Source of the DNA: an uncultured virus (IMG/VR IMGVR_UViG_3300025137_000019)
Lineage: Duplodnaviria > Heunggongvirae > Uroviricota > Caudoviricetes
IMG/VR virus record: IMGVR_UViG_3300025137_000019
DNA length: 54,265 nt
Direction: 5' to 3' (one strand)
Below the pieces are notes generated by a model, which saw only the letters and a program-made list of their open reading frames with translations, was not told the DNA's origin and did not search any database. Shown one piece after another: positions 29,580 through 39,289 of this stretch. Both the position numbers and the translations under genes were made by a program. The first letter of the stretch is position 1; each line of letters starts with the position of its first letter.

Positions 29580-32500
29580 ATGCTTTGTGACGTAAAAATA
29601 AATTCATTAGACTATCTTAAGAAAAAAGGTGTAACTGATGATGTAAGAAAAATTTTAGATAGAGAAGAATTTGATAAGGTTAATGACCAACTTACAGAAC
29701 TTGCTAGAATTAAATATGGTCTAGAAACTCAAGGGGATAAATTGTTTGGAGTAAATATATCTGAGCAGATTGACCCTAGAACATCTAGATATTGGAGAGA
29801 TGATCAATATAAGATTTATAGAGCAATCCCTAATGATACATTATTTGAAAAGTTAGATCAATTATATAAGCAAAGACAGAATACAGAAAGTTTAGATACT
29901 ATAAATTCAGATACACGTTTTTTTAAGTTTGACCCTTTTTTATATAACCAAGGTGTACCTATGGTTGATATTGATATAAATGACTTAAAAAATGCTAGAG
30001 TTAAGGAGAAGGTAGAAATTATAGCAGAAAAGCTAGCTGGTAGTATGAATGTACAATATGCAAATATTACTTCAGAAGCAGCTACTCAATTGCTAAAAAA
30101 TAGACCTATACCTTACAGAGGAGAACCTGGATTTTATTTTGCAGGTACAGTGTATACTGTGGGAGATAATGTTTCTTTATCAACTGTCATGCATGAATTT
30201 TCACATCCACTTCTCCAAGGGTTGAGAAGAGATAATGTAAAATTATTTAGGAGTCTTTATGATCAGTTCATGGCTACAGGAGAAGGTCTTGGTGTTAATG
30301 AATATGTAAAACAAGTATATCCTGAATTAAAAGAAGACTCTGATTTATTTAAAGAAGAAGTTCTTGCTTTTGGTTTACAATTAAAATCGGTAAATAAAAT
30401 AACAAATGAAGTTGAGACAGATGGTTTTAGCTCATTTATTAAAAGATTATTAGCAGGTATTAAAAAAATGCTAAGAAATATGTTCGGATCTAAAGTAAAG
30501 GTATCTAAGCTAGATGTAGATACTTCTTTGGATGAAATGGCAGATATGCTTATTGAAAAGGATTTTGAATTTAAAACTGCAGATGTAACAGAAGAAGATC
30601 TTGTTATGTATGCTAGAATGGTATCTGAAAGAGCTAATGAGTTAGCTAAAGGAACTACTGAAGGAAGTCTACAAGATATATTGGAGAAAACTTACGCTTC
30701 TAACTTAGATATATTAAGAAATGCTAAAAACTTTAGAGGTGATAAAAAAACAAAAAGTATTGTAAGAGAAACCTTATTTGAAAAAGGGACCTCTCAATTG
30801 TTACCTGGTGTTAGATCTTCACTATCAGCTTATGTAGATACTCAAGAGTTAAAAAACTTAGAGGATGATGATCTTATTGAAAATATATTAAACTCTGAAG
30901 AAGCTAAAATTAATGATATTCAAAATAAATCAGTAGCACTTATTAATAGCTTCGACACTATTAATAATATGAGTAAGAATATACTAAAAGATATTAATAA
31001 GATATCTAAAGATCAAACTTTAAATAGCAGACATACAATTGCTATGTTAGCTTTATATAAGAATACATCCCGTGCTTGGATGACATTACTAAAAGATATT
31101 GATAAAGAGATTACTTTAGAAAGTGGGGAGTTTATAGATACTAATAATCCATTTTATGCAACTCTTAATGAAATAGCAAATAATGTTACTAGAATTCAAA
31201 CTGGTGTTGCAGATGTACTAAAGAAAAATAATGTACAGTTTTTCGTAGAGATAACTAGTTATATGAATGAGTTTGTAAATAAAAAACTTAATTCTAATTT
31301 AGGGACCGCTTTAAAAAACGCATTTCCTGACTTACAAGAAAGAGAAAAAATTGTATTAGATATAGCTAATAAAGTTGAGCAGCAATCATTAACTCAAGAA
31401 GATATTCAAGGTCTTGTAGATAAAGGAGCCCCAGCACAGATTCTTAAAGAATTTTTAAAAGAATACAAGGACAATGTAGTTGATGAAGAAAAAATAAAAA
31501 ATGCATTAACTGGTAATGCCCATGATGTATCCTGGTTTAATAGATGGTTAGAAAGCTATAGTTCTTCTAATGATGTTGTAGTAGGTCCATTAGCAATGTT
31601 TATTCAAGATCAAAGAACTGAAGTTGAAAATGAAGTTTGGAAAAAGTCAATGGCTTTTAGAACTAAGCTAAAGGAGTTATTACCTAAAGTAAATTTTTCT
31701 AAGCTTAACACGGCACAGGTAAGAGATCTTGTAGGAGAAAAGGATACTATAATGTTTTTTGATAAAGAAACTGGTGAGCCAGCTGAAAAAGAAATATATA
31801 AATTTGTTAGTGAGTTTGGTAATGGGTATAGATATCAACAAGATATGTTACAGTACAACCTTGCAAAGGCCAAAGATGTTGGAGATCAAAACAAAATTGC
31901 TGAAGCACAACAAGCATTACAGGACTTTAACAATGACTATATGTGGCAAGAATATGTTCCAGAGTACTACTCTAGAAATAATATTTTTAAAGAATCTTCT
32001 GTGGGTAAATTAGCATATAGTGTAAGAAAAGAAAAACTAGCAGCTTTTAATAATCTTCAAAATCAATTTGATAATGAACTTGAAAGAGTTGAGAACTATG
32101 GTTCTATAAAAGCCGCATGGAGAGAGTATCAACAACTATCTTCACTTGAGTATGAAGACGGTACTCCTAAAATAGATGATGTAGAAAATGGTATTTACGA
32201 TAAAAGTATAGCTGAGGTATTAATAGAGTCAAAAAAAGGAACTCAGTTTAGAGAAATGGTTCCTATTGCAGGATCTTTGCAAACATCATATAATGAGTAT
32301 GTAACTTTGCTTGAATCTAGAGGTATAACTAGAGGTAGTGCTGAATTTAAAATGAAGCTTGCAGACTGGCAAAAACAAAACATTAAAATAAAATATACCG
32401 ATGAATATTGGGATTCTAGAAATGCAATTATAACAGAATTATCAGAATTACAATCACAAATAAATGAGACTACTAGTGATGAGTTTGATGTTTCTAATGC

Positions 32501-35500
32501 ATTTAAAAGAATAAATGATTATATATATTCTTATAGAGATGAGTTTAATCAGCCTATTGCTAATGAGATGGGTGAAACAAGACTTAGGGAAATAAAAAAT
32601 CTTCAGCAAAAAATTATTGATACTCAATCATTATTTGATAAAAGAACAGGTCTTAGAAAAGATCAATCAGATGAGTTGTTTAAATTAACTAAGGACGCTA
32701 AAGAAGGTAAGCTTGAATTAGGTAGTGCTAAAATGGATAGATATAAATATCTTATTAGTTTACAAGAAGAAACTGGTATTTCAGCTCAAGATTCAGCTAG
32801 AGTTAAAGAGTTATTAAGTCAACTATTTGATTTGACTGAAGTTCAGTATACAGATTATTATATGGATGCCATAAACTATAGTCTTTCAAAACAAAATCTA
32901 AAAGAAGTTGGCTCAGAAGAAGTTAAAGATTTTATTAATAGTGATGACTTTCAAGAAATATTAGATAATGATCAAGTGTTTAGGGATTGGTTTGTATTAA
33001 ACCATGTTGAAAGAGAAAAATGGAATAATACTACTAAAGCATTAGAAGTTGAATTTGTACCTACAAAAGCAAATACAATGTCTATACCTAAAGATCCAAG
33101 TCATTATGAATCAAGTACTGTTGTAGATATTGAAACAGGACAGGATGTGATATTACCTGGTGTACCTAGCTCAAGACATTCTAGATTTGAAGTTAAAAAT
33201 GAATATAGAACTATACCCTATGGTGAAAGTAGAGAAGACTATGTAGGTAAGTATGTAGATAATAAAGGAAATTTTTTACCAAGAAAGTTTGATCCTAGTA
33301 ATCAATATAGTGCTAAGGATGATAAGTTTATGAGTCAAAAATATAAAGAGTTATCATCTAATACATCATCTCCAGTATTTCAATTACTTGAAGCAATGAC
33401 CGAATATCATTTAGATATGCAAAAGGGTATGACAAACTACGGTAAGTTATATCTTGATATGCCAAGGTATGCTACTAAGAGAGGAGATTACTATCAAGCT
33501 TTTGAGAAAGGTAAATACGGAGAAAGGTTTAAAGAAGTTGGTGCTAATATAAAAGAGTGGATGAAACAATCATTTACTAGATCAGCTGTTGACTTTGAAA
33601 ATGACTATAACTATGATCCTGAAAACAACTTAGTAAATACAGATCTAAATGGAGATGCTGTAACTTATATTCCTGTAACAGGTATATACAATCTTGAATT
33701 AGATATTACAGATATGGATGTTATTTCTGGTTTATTTAAGTATGCATTATCTATTCAGACACAGGGTAAGTTATTAGAGAGTTTACCTTTAGTAGAAAGC
33801 GTATTATCAACTTTACAAGATCCTAACAATCAACCAAAAGAACTTGAGAAGTATTCAAAAAATATGCAAAAAGTAAGAGGGATCTTACAAAAGGCCAATA
33901 AAAAAGGTGCCACTAATAATAGAATGCAACAAGTTAAGTCTTTAGTTGAAAGAGAATACTATGGTAAACAAGTAGAGGGTATAGATGAAACACACCCTAT
34001 GATAGCTAGAACACTACAAACATTACAAGGTATATCTAGTTATGGTTCATTAGCATTAAATATTCCTGCAGATTTAAAAAACCAGTTTTCAGGTTATGTG
34101 CAGACTATTATTGAATCTGTTGGTGCAGATTTTATAACAACAAAAGATTTAGCATTAGCTACTCCGTGGGCATCTAAGGCAATGTTAGAATGGTCAAGAA
34201 GTGATATATATGAAACAGGGCCAGGATCATTGTCTGGACAATTAGTTCAAATATTTGACCCAGCATTTAAAGCTACTGATGAATTTGGTAGAGAAGTTAT
34301 GAGATCTATGGTAAAAGACCTTACTAATATGGAATGGATGTTTATGCATAGAAAGTTTGGTGAGATGGATGTTGCTATGAAGTTGTTTGGTGGTTTTATT
34401 CACGGTCAAAAAATTACTCAAACTCTTAGTGATGGTACAGAAAAAACATTAAGATATGTTGATGCTTGGGAAAAAGATGAAAATGGCATTGCTAGATTAA
34501 AAGAAGGAATTCACCCAGGTTGGAATAATACTTCTGTATTTCATGAGTATATTAAAGGAGAAAGCTTAGCGGAAATAGCTAAAAAATATAACATTAGTGA
34601 AACTGAATTAAAAGCTAAAAATAGAATTAAATCTGAGATTCAGTTAGAAGATGGTCAAGAATTAGTCATAGCTAAATCAGAAAAATTTAAGGCATTTAAA
34701 AATAGATTACAAGGTACATCAAGAAGATTGTTTGGTGTATATGATAGAATGGGTCAACCAGAAGGTAACAAACTATTGATGTATAGAATGTTTATGTTTA
34801 TGAGAAAGTGGTTTACTCCTATGTTTACTAATAGATTTGGTATGGATACTAAAACTGCTACATTAAGAAATGGTGGTGAAAGGTATGATTGGGCCCTTGG
34901 TACATATAACAAAGGTTATTATATAGGTGCATTTCAAACAATGTACAAAGTTTTATCTACAAAAGGTGCAGACTATCAATATTTAACTAAACAAGAAAAG
35001 TCAGATTTTAGAAGATTTGCAAGTGAAGGTCTAGCTACAGTTATGCTAGCTTTAATAGCTTCTATGTTATTGGGCTTTGATCCAGATGATGAGGATAAGT
35101 GGAAAAAAATGAAAAGAAGATCAGGTGCAATTAATGAAGGTAATTATGATACATACGGATTTTTAGCTAATCACGCACTACTTCTTATACTAGGTGTACA
35201 AGCAGAAACAACTGCATTTGTACCCCTGCCATCAATAGGAGGTGTTAATTTAGGAGCAGATGATTACATTAGAATGGTTACTTCAACTTCTTCAGCTTGG
35301 TATAATACAACCACACTTTATACTCAGATTTTAGGTGATGTACTTTCATTTGTAACATTTAATGGTTTACCTGAGTTTAAAAAAGATGCAGGGCCATATT
35401 GGTTTCAACAAAAGGGAACTCCTAAAATTTGGAAAAAATTATTTAAAACAATAGGTTTTACTGGTGGTTCAGGAGATCCTACAAGTATTACTAAAAACTT

Positions 35501-35531
35501 AGCAGCAAGCTCAAGTAGACTAGGACAATAA
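29580..35531 (+). CDS. Giant putative ejection protein (1983 aa) with zincin-like HEFSH domain, LysM domain and C-terminal hydrophobic helices
   Basis: MHEFSHP...KEEVLA at 30192; LysM-like HEYIKGESLAEIAKKYNISETELKAKN...LEDGQELVI at 34542-34670; LATVMLALIASMLLGF near the C-terminus. Confidence 0.7.
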   Translation: MLCDVKINSLDYLKKKGVTDDVRKILDREEFDKVNDQLTELARIKYGLETQGDKLFGVNISEQIDPRTSRYWRDDQYKIYRAIPNDTLFEKLDQLYKQRQNTESLDTINSDTRFFKFDPFLYNQGVPMVDIDINDLKNARVKEKVEIIAEKLAGSMNVQYANITSEAATQLLKNRPIPYRGEPGFYFAGTVYTVGDNVSLSTVMHEFSHPLLQGLRRDNVKLFRSLYDQFMATGEGLGVNEYVKQVYPELKEDSDLFKEEVLAFGLQLKSVNKITNEVETDGFSSFIKRLLAGIKKMLRNMFGSKVKVSKLDVDTSLDEMADMLIEKDFEFKTADVTEEDLVMYARMVSERANELAKGTTEGSLQDILEKTYASNLDILRNAKNFRGDKKTKSIVRETLFEKGTSQLLPGVRSSLSAYVDTQELKNLEDDDLIENILNSEEAKINDIQNKSVALINSFDTINNMSKNILKDINKISKDQTLNSRHTIAMLALYKNTSRAWMTLLKDIDKEITLESGEFIDTNNPFYATLNEIANNVTRIQTGVADVLKKNNVQFFVEITSYMNEFVNKKLNSNLGTALKNAFPDLQEREKIVLDIANKVEQQSLTQEDIQGLVDKGAPAQILKEFLKEYKDNVVDEEKIKNALTGNAHDVSWFNRWLESYSSSNDVVVGPLAMFIQDQRTEVENEVWKKSMAFRTKLKELLPKVNFSKLNTAQVRDLVGEKDTIMFFDKETGEPAEKEIYKFVSEFGNGYRYQQDMLQYNLAKAKDVGDQNKIAEAQQALQDFNNDYMWQEYVPEYYSRNNIFKESSVGKLAYSVRKEKLAAFNNLQNQFDNELERVENYGSIKAAWREYQQLSSLEYEDGTPKIDDVENGIYDKSIAEVLIESKKGTQFREMVPIAGSLQTSYNEYVTLLESRGITRGSAEFKMKLADWQKQNIKIKYTDEYWDSRNAIITELSELQSQINETTSDEFDVSNAFKRINDYIYSYRDEFNQPIANEMGETRLREIKNLQQKIIDTQSLFDKRTGLRKDQSDELFKLTKDAKEGKLELGSAKMDRYKYLISLQEETGISAQDSARVKELLSQLFDLTEVQYTDYYMDAINYSLSKQNLKEVGSEEVKDFINSDDFQEILDNDQVFRDWFVLNHVEREKWNNTTKALEVEFVPTKANTMSIPKDPSHYESSTVVDIETGQDVILPGVPSSRHSRFEVKNEYRTIPYGESREDYVGKYVDNKGNFLPRKFDPSNQYSAKDDKFMSQKYKELSSNTSSPVFQLLEAMTEYHLDMQKGMTNYGKLYLDMPRYATKRGDYYQAFEKGKYGERFKEVGANIKEWMKQSFTRSAVDFENDYNYDPENNLVNTDLNGDAVTYIPVTGIYNLELDITDMDVISGLFKYALSIQTQGKLLESLPLVESVLSTLQDPNNQPKELEKYSKNMQKVRGILQKANKKGATNNRMQQVKSLVEREYYGKQVEGIDETHPMIARTLQTLQGISSYGSLALNIPADLKNQFSGYVQTIIESVGADFITTKDLALATPWASKAMLEWSRSDIYETGPGSLSGQLVQIFDPAFKATDEFGREVMRSMVKDLTNMEWMFMHRKFGEMDVAMKLFGGFIHGQKITQTLSDGTEKTLRYVDAWEKDENGIARLKEGIHPGWNNTSVFHEYIKGESLAEIAKKYNISETELKAKNRIKSEIQLEDGQELVIAKSEKFKAFKNRLQGTSRRLFGVYDRMGQPEGNKLLMYRMFMFMRKWFTPMFTNRFGMDTKTATLRNGGERYDWALGTYNKGYYIGAFQTMYKVLSTKGADYQYLTKQEKSDFRRFASEGLATVMLALIASMLLGFDPDDEDKWKKMKRRSGAINEGNYDTYGFLANHALLLILGVQAETTAFVPLPSIGGVNLGADDYIRMVTSTSSAWYNTTTLYTQILGDVLSFVTFNGLPEFKKDAGPYWFQQKGTPKIWKKLFKTIGFTGGSGDPTSITKNLAASSSRLGQ

Positions 35532-35532
35532 T

Positions 35533-35694
35533 ATGAATTGGACATTAGACATAGGATTACATTGGCCACATGATAGATGTGCAGTTGGTTGGGAATATAT
35601 AGGACCTACAGATACTGAAGACATCTCTACTTTTACATTATATTTATTTATTTGTACAATAAGTCTTAATATTTATAATAAAAGTTTAACTTAA
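35533..35694 (+). CDS. Small protein (53 aa) absent from the ORF track: MNWTLDIGLHWPHDRCAVGWEYIGPTDTEDISTFTLYLFICTISLNIYNKSLT
   Basis: ATG 1 nt after the previous TAA; fills the gap before the terminator; W-rich N-terminus and hydrophobic C-terminal half. Confidence 0.6.
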   Translation: MNWTLDIGLHWPHDRCAVGWEYIGPTDTEDISTFTLYLFICTISLNIYNKSLT

Positions 35695-35728
35695 TATAAG
35701 TTAACTCTATTAAATATTAACGGATTAG

Positions 35729-35768
35729 AAAAAAAAAGGGGATAGCCTAAGCTACCCCCCTCTCTTTT
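35729..35768. terminator. Probable bidirectional intrinsic terminator between the convergent gene blocks
   Basis: A9-GGGGATAGC-CTAA-GCTACCCC-CCTCTCTTTT. The A/C mismatch is a G.U pair on the minus transcript, which also has the long U tract. Confidence 0.75.
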
Positions 35769-35802
35769 GTGTATTAATCAACTTGTATGGACACAAGTAC
35801 TT

Positions 35803-36048
35803 CTAGTCCTCTTTAATTTTATTAAAAACTTCTATTAATTCTTTTACAACATTTATATCTTTTATATCTAAAGCTTCAGATTCTTCTGCAGAAATATAAA
35901 CTGTTCCAGTTAATGTTACATCACCTATTAGTGATATACCACCTCCAAGTTTTTTACGAAAGTAATAATAATCATAACCATTATTACTCTCTTCATCATA
36001 TACCATAATTTTATCAAACTCTAAATCTATTACTTCTTGCTCAGTCAT
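35803..36048 (-). CDS. Hypothetical protein (81 aa)
   Basis: Start overlaps the upstream stop (TAATG); last gene before the terminator. Confidence 0.65.
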   Translation of the reverse strand: MTEQEVIDLEFDKIMVYDEESNNGYDYYYFRKKLGGGISLIGDVTLTGTVYISAEESEALDIKDINVVKELIEVFNKIKED

Positions 36049-37346
36049 TAAAAATCAAAATTTACTTCATCATTATCATCACTAGAATCATCATCTACTG
36101 CTGTAAGATCTAAATCAAAATCTGCATCTTCAGTAAATGAATCTTCTTCAGGCTCTGTAGCTGCTGCTTCTTGTGCCATTTGCTGATCAACAGCTTCTTG
36201 ACCTTTGATTAGCTCTGCAGCTTCCTCATCTGTGACTTCATCACATACTTCAGCTACTGCAGCTTCATCTTCCTTGATACGTTCTGCAATCTGATCTTCA
36301 TCATATACAGGATCCTCATCATCAGTGTCAGATAATTTGTCACCATCAGGTATTCCTGTAATTTCAGGACTATCATCTACTGGTTCTTCCCATTCTCTTT
36401 CATCTCCGCCTTTATGGTCAAGACCTTCTTCAACTCTAGTTTGCTGATCCCAATCTTCTTGTTGTTCAGCTTCAACTTCAGCAATAGAATCTTCTTCATC
36501 TCTCTCATCAATGATCTCTTCAGTTTTCATCTCTTGCATTTCTACATCAGCCTCAACTTCTGCAATCATATCTTCTAGATCTACTTGGTCAGGATCTGCT
36601 TCTTTTACTTCAGGTGTCTCAACTTTAGTAAATTGAACAATAGAGTCAATAAAATAATGAAGAATTCTTTGATCTTCCATCCAAGTCTTTGGGTGTGATT
36701 GTTGTAAAGCAGTAGTTACATAGTTATAAAAGGCCCATAAAGACCATCTTGAGTCTTCATCAAATGTATTATTAGATTTATTTAAAAGATCTCTAACTAT
36801 ACTAGCTTGCTCAGTAGTTAGTATCTCAAAGTCAGCAAATAATACTCCAAGTAACTGAGACATTTTTCTTTTGTCTAATGTTACACCTTTCATTACATCT
36901 TTATCAGTTGCTAATTGGTTATAATACATAAGAGCTGTTGTTACTTGCTCATCAATTGTATTTTCAGTTTCAGTATCAGCATTACCCGTATGCTTTCTAG
37001 TCCAAAGACCCATGTCTTTAGATACCATAAAGTTACCAGTCTTGTTTACATAAGTACCAATACCGCACTTAAATCTAACTTGTTTATTATAACTGTTTGT
37101 CCAAGCAAACATCATTGATAGTTCAGGGTCCTCATTATAATCTAACTTGTATATTCCTGAAGCTATATTTCCATCAGCAGTACATCTATATAACTCATCT
37201 ACTACTTTAAAACCTGCATTTTCCAATGCTGTTTTTGAATAGTCAATAACAAATTTATGACTAATTACGGTATAAGTGTCACCATGTGTTGGTAACGGTA
37301 CATTAATTAAGTGATTTAAATCACATGCTTTTATTTTCTTTGGCAT
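36048..37346 (-). CDS. DUF932/DUF945-like phage protein with long acidic C-terminal tail
   Basis: VPLPTHGDTYTVISH...NSYNKQVRF...RKHTG...SLWAFYNYVT pattern; about 190 C-terminal residues dominated by D/E. Confidence 0.5.
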   Translation of the reverse strand: MPKKIKACDLNHLINVPLPTHGDTYTVISHKFVIDYSKTALENAGFKVVDELYRCTADGNIASGIYKLDYNEDPELSMMFAWTNSYNKQVRFKCGIGTYVNKTGNFMVSKDMGLWTRKHTGNADTETENTIDEQVTTALMYYNQLATDKDVMKGVTLDKRKMSQLLGVLFADFEILTTEQASIVRDLLNKSNNTFDEDSRWSLWAFYNYVTTALQQSHPKTWMEDQRILHYFIDSIVQFTKVETPEVKEADPDQVDLEDMIAEVEADVEMQEMKTEEIIDERDEEDSIAEVEAEQQEDWDQQTRVEEGLDHKGGDEREWEEPVDDSPEITGIPDGDKLSDTDDEDPVYDEDQIAERIKEDEAAVAEVCDEVTDEEAAELIKGQEAVDQQMAQEAAATEPEEDSFTEDADFDLDLTAVDDDSSDDNDEVNFDF

Positions 37347-37347
37347 T

Positions 37348-39285
37348 TTAAAATAATTTTAATTGTTTAATTTTGGGCTCAAGAATTTCTATTTCTTTTT
37401 TAATATTATCTAAATAATATTTATAGTTTATATCATATTCTTCAAATGGTTTTTCTACATATTTATTAAAAATAGTCTGCATCCATTGCCCCGCTTCTAC
37501 TTGTATTTTTCTTCCGTCTTTATTATGTGTTTTTATTATTTTAGACCCTTTGTTAGAAATATAATATCTAATTGTTTTTTGTAAGGGTTCATTTACATAC
37601 TCCGTGTCTATTACTTTAGATTCCATAAACGTCCAGTCACCTTTAATTTTAACACCAGCACAATAATCAAAAATATTTTTGTTACTTTTTAAATACTCTT
37701 CAGGATCAATTCCTTTGACAAAGTAATTATATATTGCTTTGGCCACTATTAAGTGACTTTTATTTTTATGTAAGTGTGTATACTTATGGTTTTGCAAATC
37801 TTCCCATTCAAATCTACCCTTACATTTAGCAGCTTCATTTGTGTAAACACTTATATAGTTATTGACATCCCATATATACATTGCTTTATAGTCAGCAAAC
37901 TCAAGAACTAAATTAGTAAGCTCTTCCCAATCCTTACATATCTTGTCATAAATATCCATGTGATCTTTATGAAATTGAAATGTTGCACCATCTGTATTAG
38001 TTTGTAATAAAACTGAGTCAGGCACTTTAATAAGAATTTGCTCAACTAACATGCTCAATAATAGTTGGCCATTTATAGTTGTTTGCATTGTATACTGTGG
38101 ATCATATAACCAAGAATATTCACTATTGCTATTACCATATGAAGCATTAGCAGCTTCTTTGAATCCTTCAATAATAGATATGTCTCTTTCTGCTTTAGGT
38201 TTTTTCTTTTCAGCAAGTCTTACATCAACAATACCATTTTTATAAACTTGAAAAAACTCAGGTCCCAAATGTGCGGGATACATATCGTTCATACAAGCTA
38301 TACTAGGATATAGAGATGCTACATCTAAGTCTTTAATAATTATATTTTCATCTGCTAAAAATGCACCTGGTTCAATACACTGATGTATACCACCTGCTCC
38401 ATAATGAAACTCAGAACCTTGAAATCTTAGCTTATATTTAAAATCACTTTTAGTATTATAGATTGTTTTATTTTTTAATTTGTTTAGAAAATTCTGAAAG
38501 GGTGCGGTTTCAAATTTGATATAATCAAATAAGATATCACTAATCTTAATTCCTTGTCTATAGGTTCTAAGATCTTTAATATCCCTTGGGTTATTTTCTG
38601 TGGCATCACAATATAGCTGTAACAAAAGTTTACTTCCTAATTTAGTATTAGAGAAGTTATGACAATTAAGTCCATAATTTTCTTTGATGTTACTTCTTAC
38701 AGCAATTAAAGGTTTGGATAAATGTAAAATCTTTTTGGTTGATTCTACATCGTTAATACAATATTGAGTAATCATTTCAATTTCCTCTTCTGTATAAACC
38801 TTATCTGCATGGTGTATTGGCATGTCTTGAAGATTTTCCCAATCCATACTAAATTGTGCCCACTTTAAACTTGTTCTTTTTGCTCTGTTGTCCCAATGAT
38901 TTATTTTAAAAACATCTAGTTGAGGTATACTAAGTTTCCATTCAGGATACTTAGAAAACTCTCTTGCATTAGATATCTCTATTGTTTCTTGAGCAACACT
39001 ATATATTACTTCTACTAGTTCCTCTTGATCCATTCTAGTTAATTGACTTCTATTTTTAATTATAAATTCAATTATCTGTGAATCAAAACTTATCCCATTA
39101 AAAGATATATGTTTTTCATTTAGATTTACATTCCTGTCTAGAAACTTTAGAAGTTCTTCTATATCATTATATAGAGAAGAATGTATTTTAAAGATGTGTG
39201 TTTCTTTTGTGATATAGTCTTGGAAGACTCCAACAAATAAATTTGCCATGGTCTCTAGATCCATCACCCAGTGAGTTCTATTCAT
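37348..39285 (-). CDS. polB: Family B DNA polymerase with N-terminal 3'-5' exonuclease
   Basis: Exo motifs DLE, FNGISFD and YCIND; polymerase motifs DVASLYPS, KEAANASYG and NTDG. Confidence 0.9.
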   Translation of the reverse strand: MNRTHWVMDLETMANLFVGVFQDYITKETHIFKIHSSLYNDIEELLKFLDRNVNLNEKHISFNGISFDSQIIEFIIKNRSQLTRMDQEELVEVIYSVAQETIEISNAREFSKYPEWKLSIPQLDVFKINHWDNRAKRTSLKWAQFSMDWENLQDMPIHHADKVYTEEEIEMITQYCINDVESTKKILHLSKPLIAVRSNIKENYGLNCHNFSNTKLGSKLLLQLYCDATENNPRDIKDLRTYRQGIKISDILFDYIKFETAPFQNFLNKLKNKTIYNTKSDFKYKLRFQGSEFHYGAGGIHQCIEPGAFLADENIIIKDLDVASLYPSIACMNDMYPAHLGPEFFQVYKNGIVDVRLAEKKKPKAERDISIIEGFKEAANASYGNSNSEYSWLYDPQYTMQTTINGQLLLSMLVEQILIKVPDSVLLQTNTDGATFQFHKDHMDIYDKICKDWEELTNLVLEFADYKAMYIWDVNNYISVYTNEAAKCKGRFEWEDLQNHKYTHLHKNKSHLIVAKAIYNYFVKGIDPEEYLKSNKNIFDYCAGVKIKGDWTFMESKVIDTEYVNEPLQKTIRYYISNKGSKIIKTHNKDGRKIQVEAGQWMQTIFNKYVEKPFEEYDINYKYYLDNIKKEIEILEPKIKQLKLF

Positions 39286-39289
39286 ATCA

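Noticed and set aside
1880..32013. Short ORFs nested in or antisense to the giant plus-strand genes (e.g. 4425-4700, 12989-13372, 18977-19360)
   Set aside because: Fully overlapped by long genes and show the composition of shadow frames; no motifs.
35781..35798. ACTTGT-N6-ACAAGT inverted repeat
   Set aside because: Only 6 bp, AT-rich, and no second copy found.
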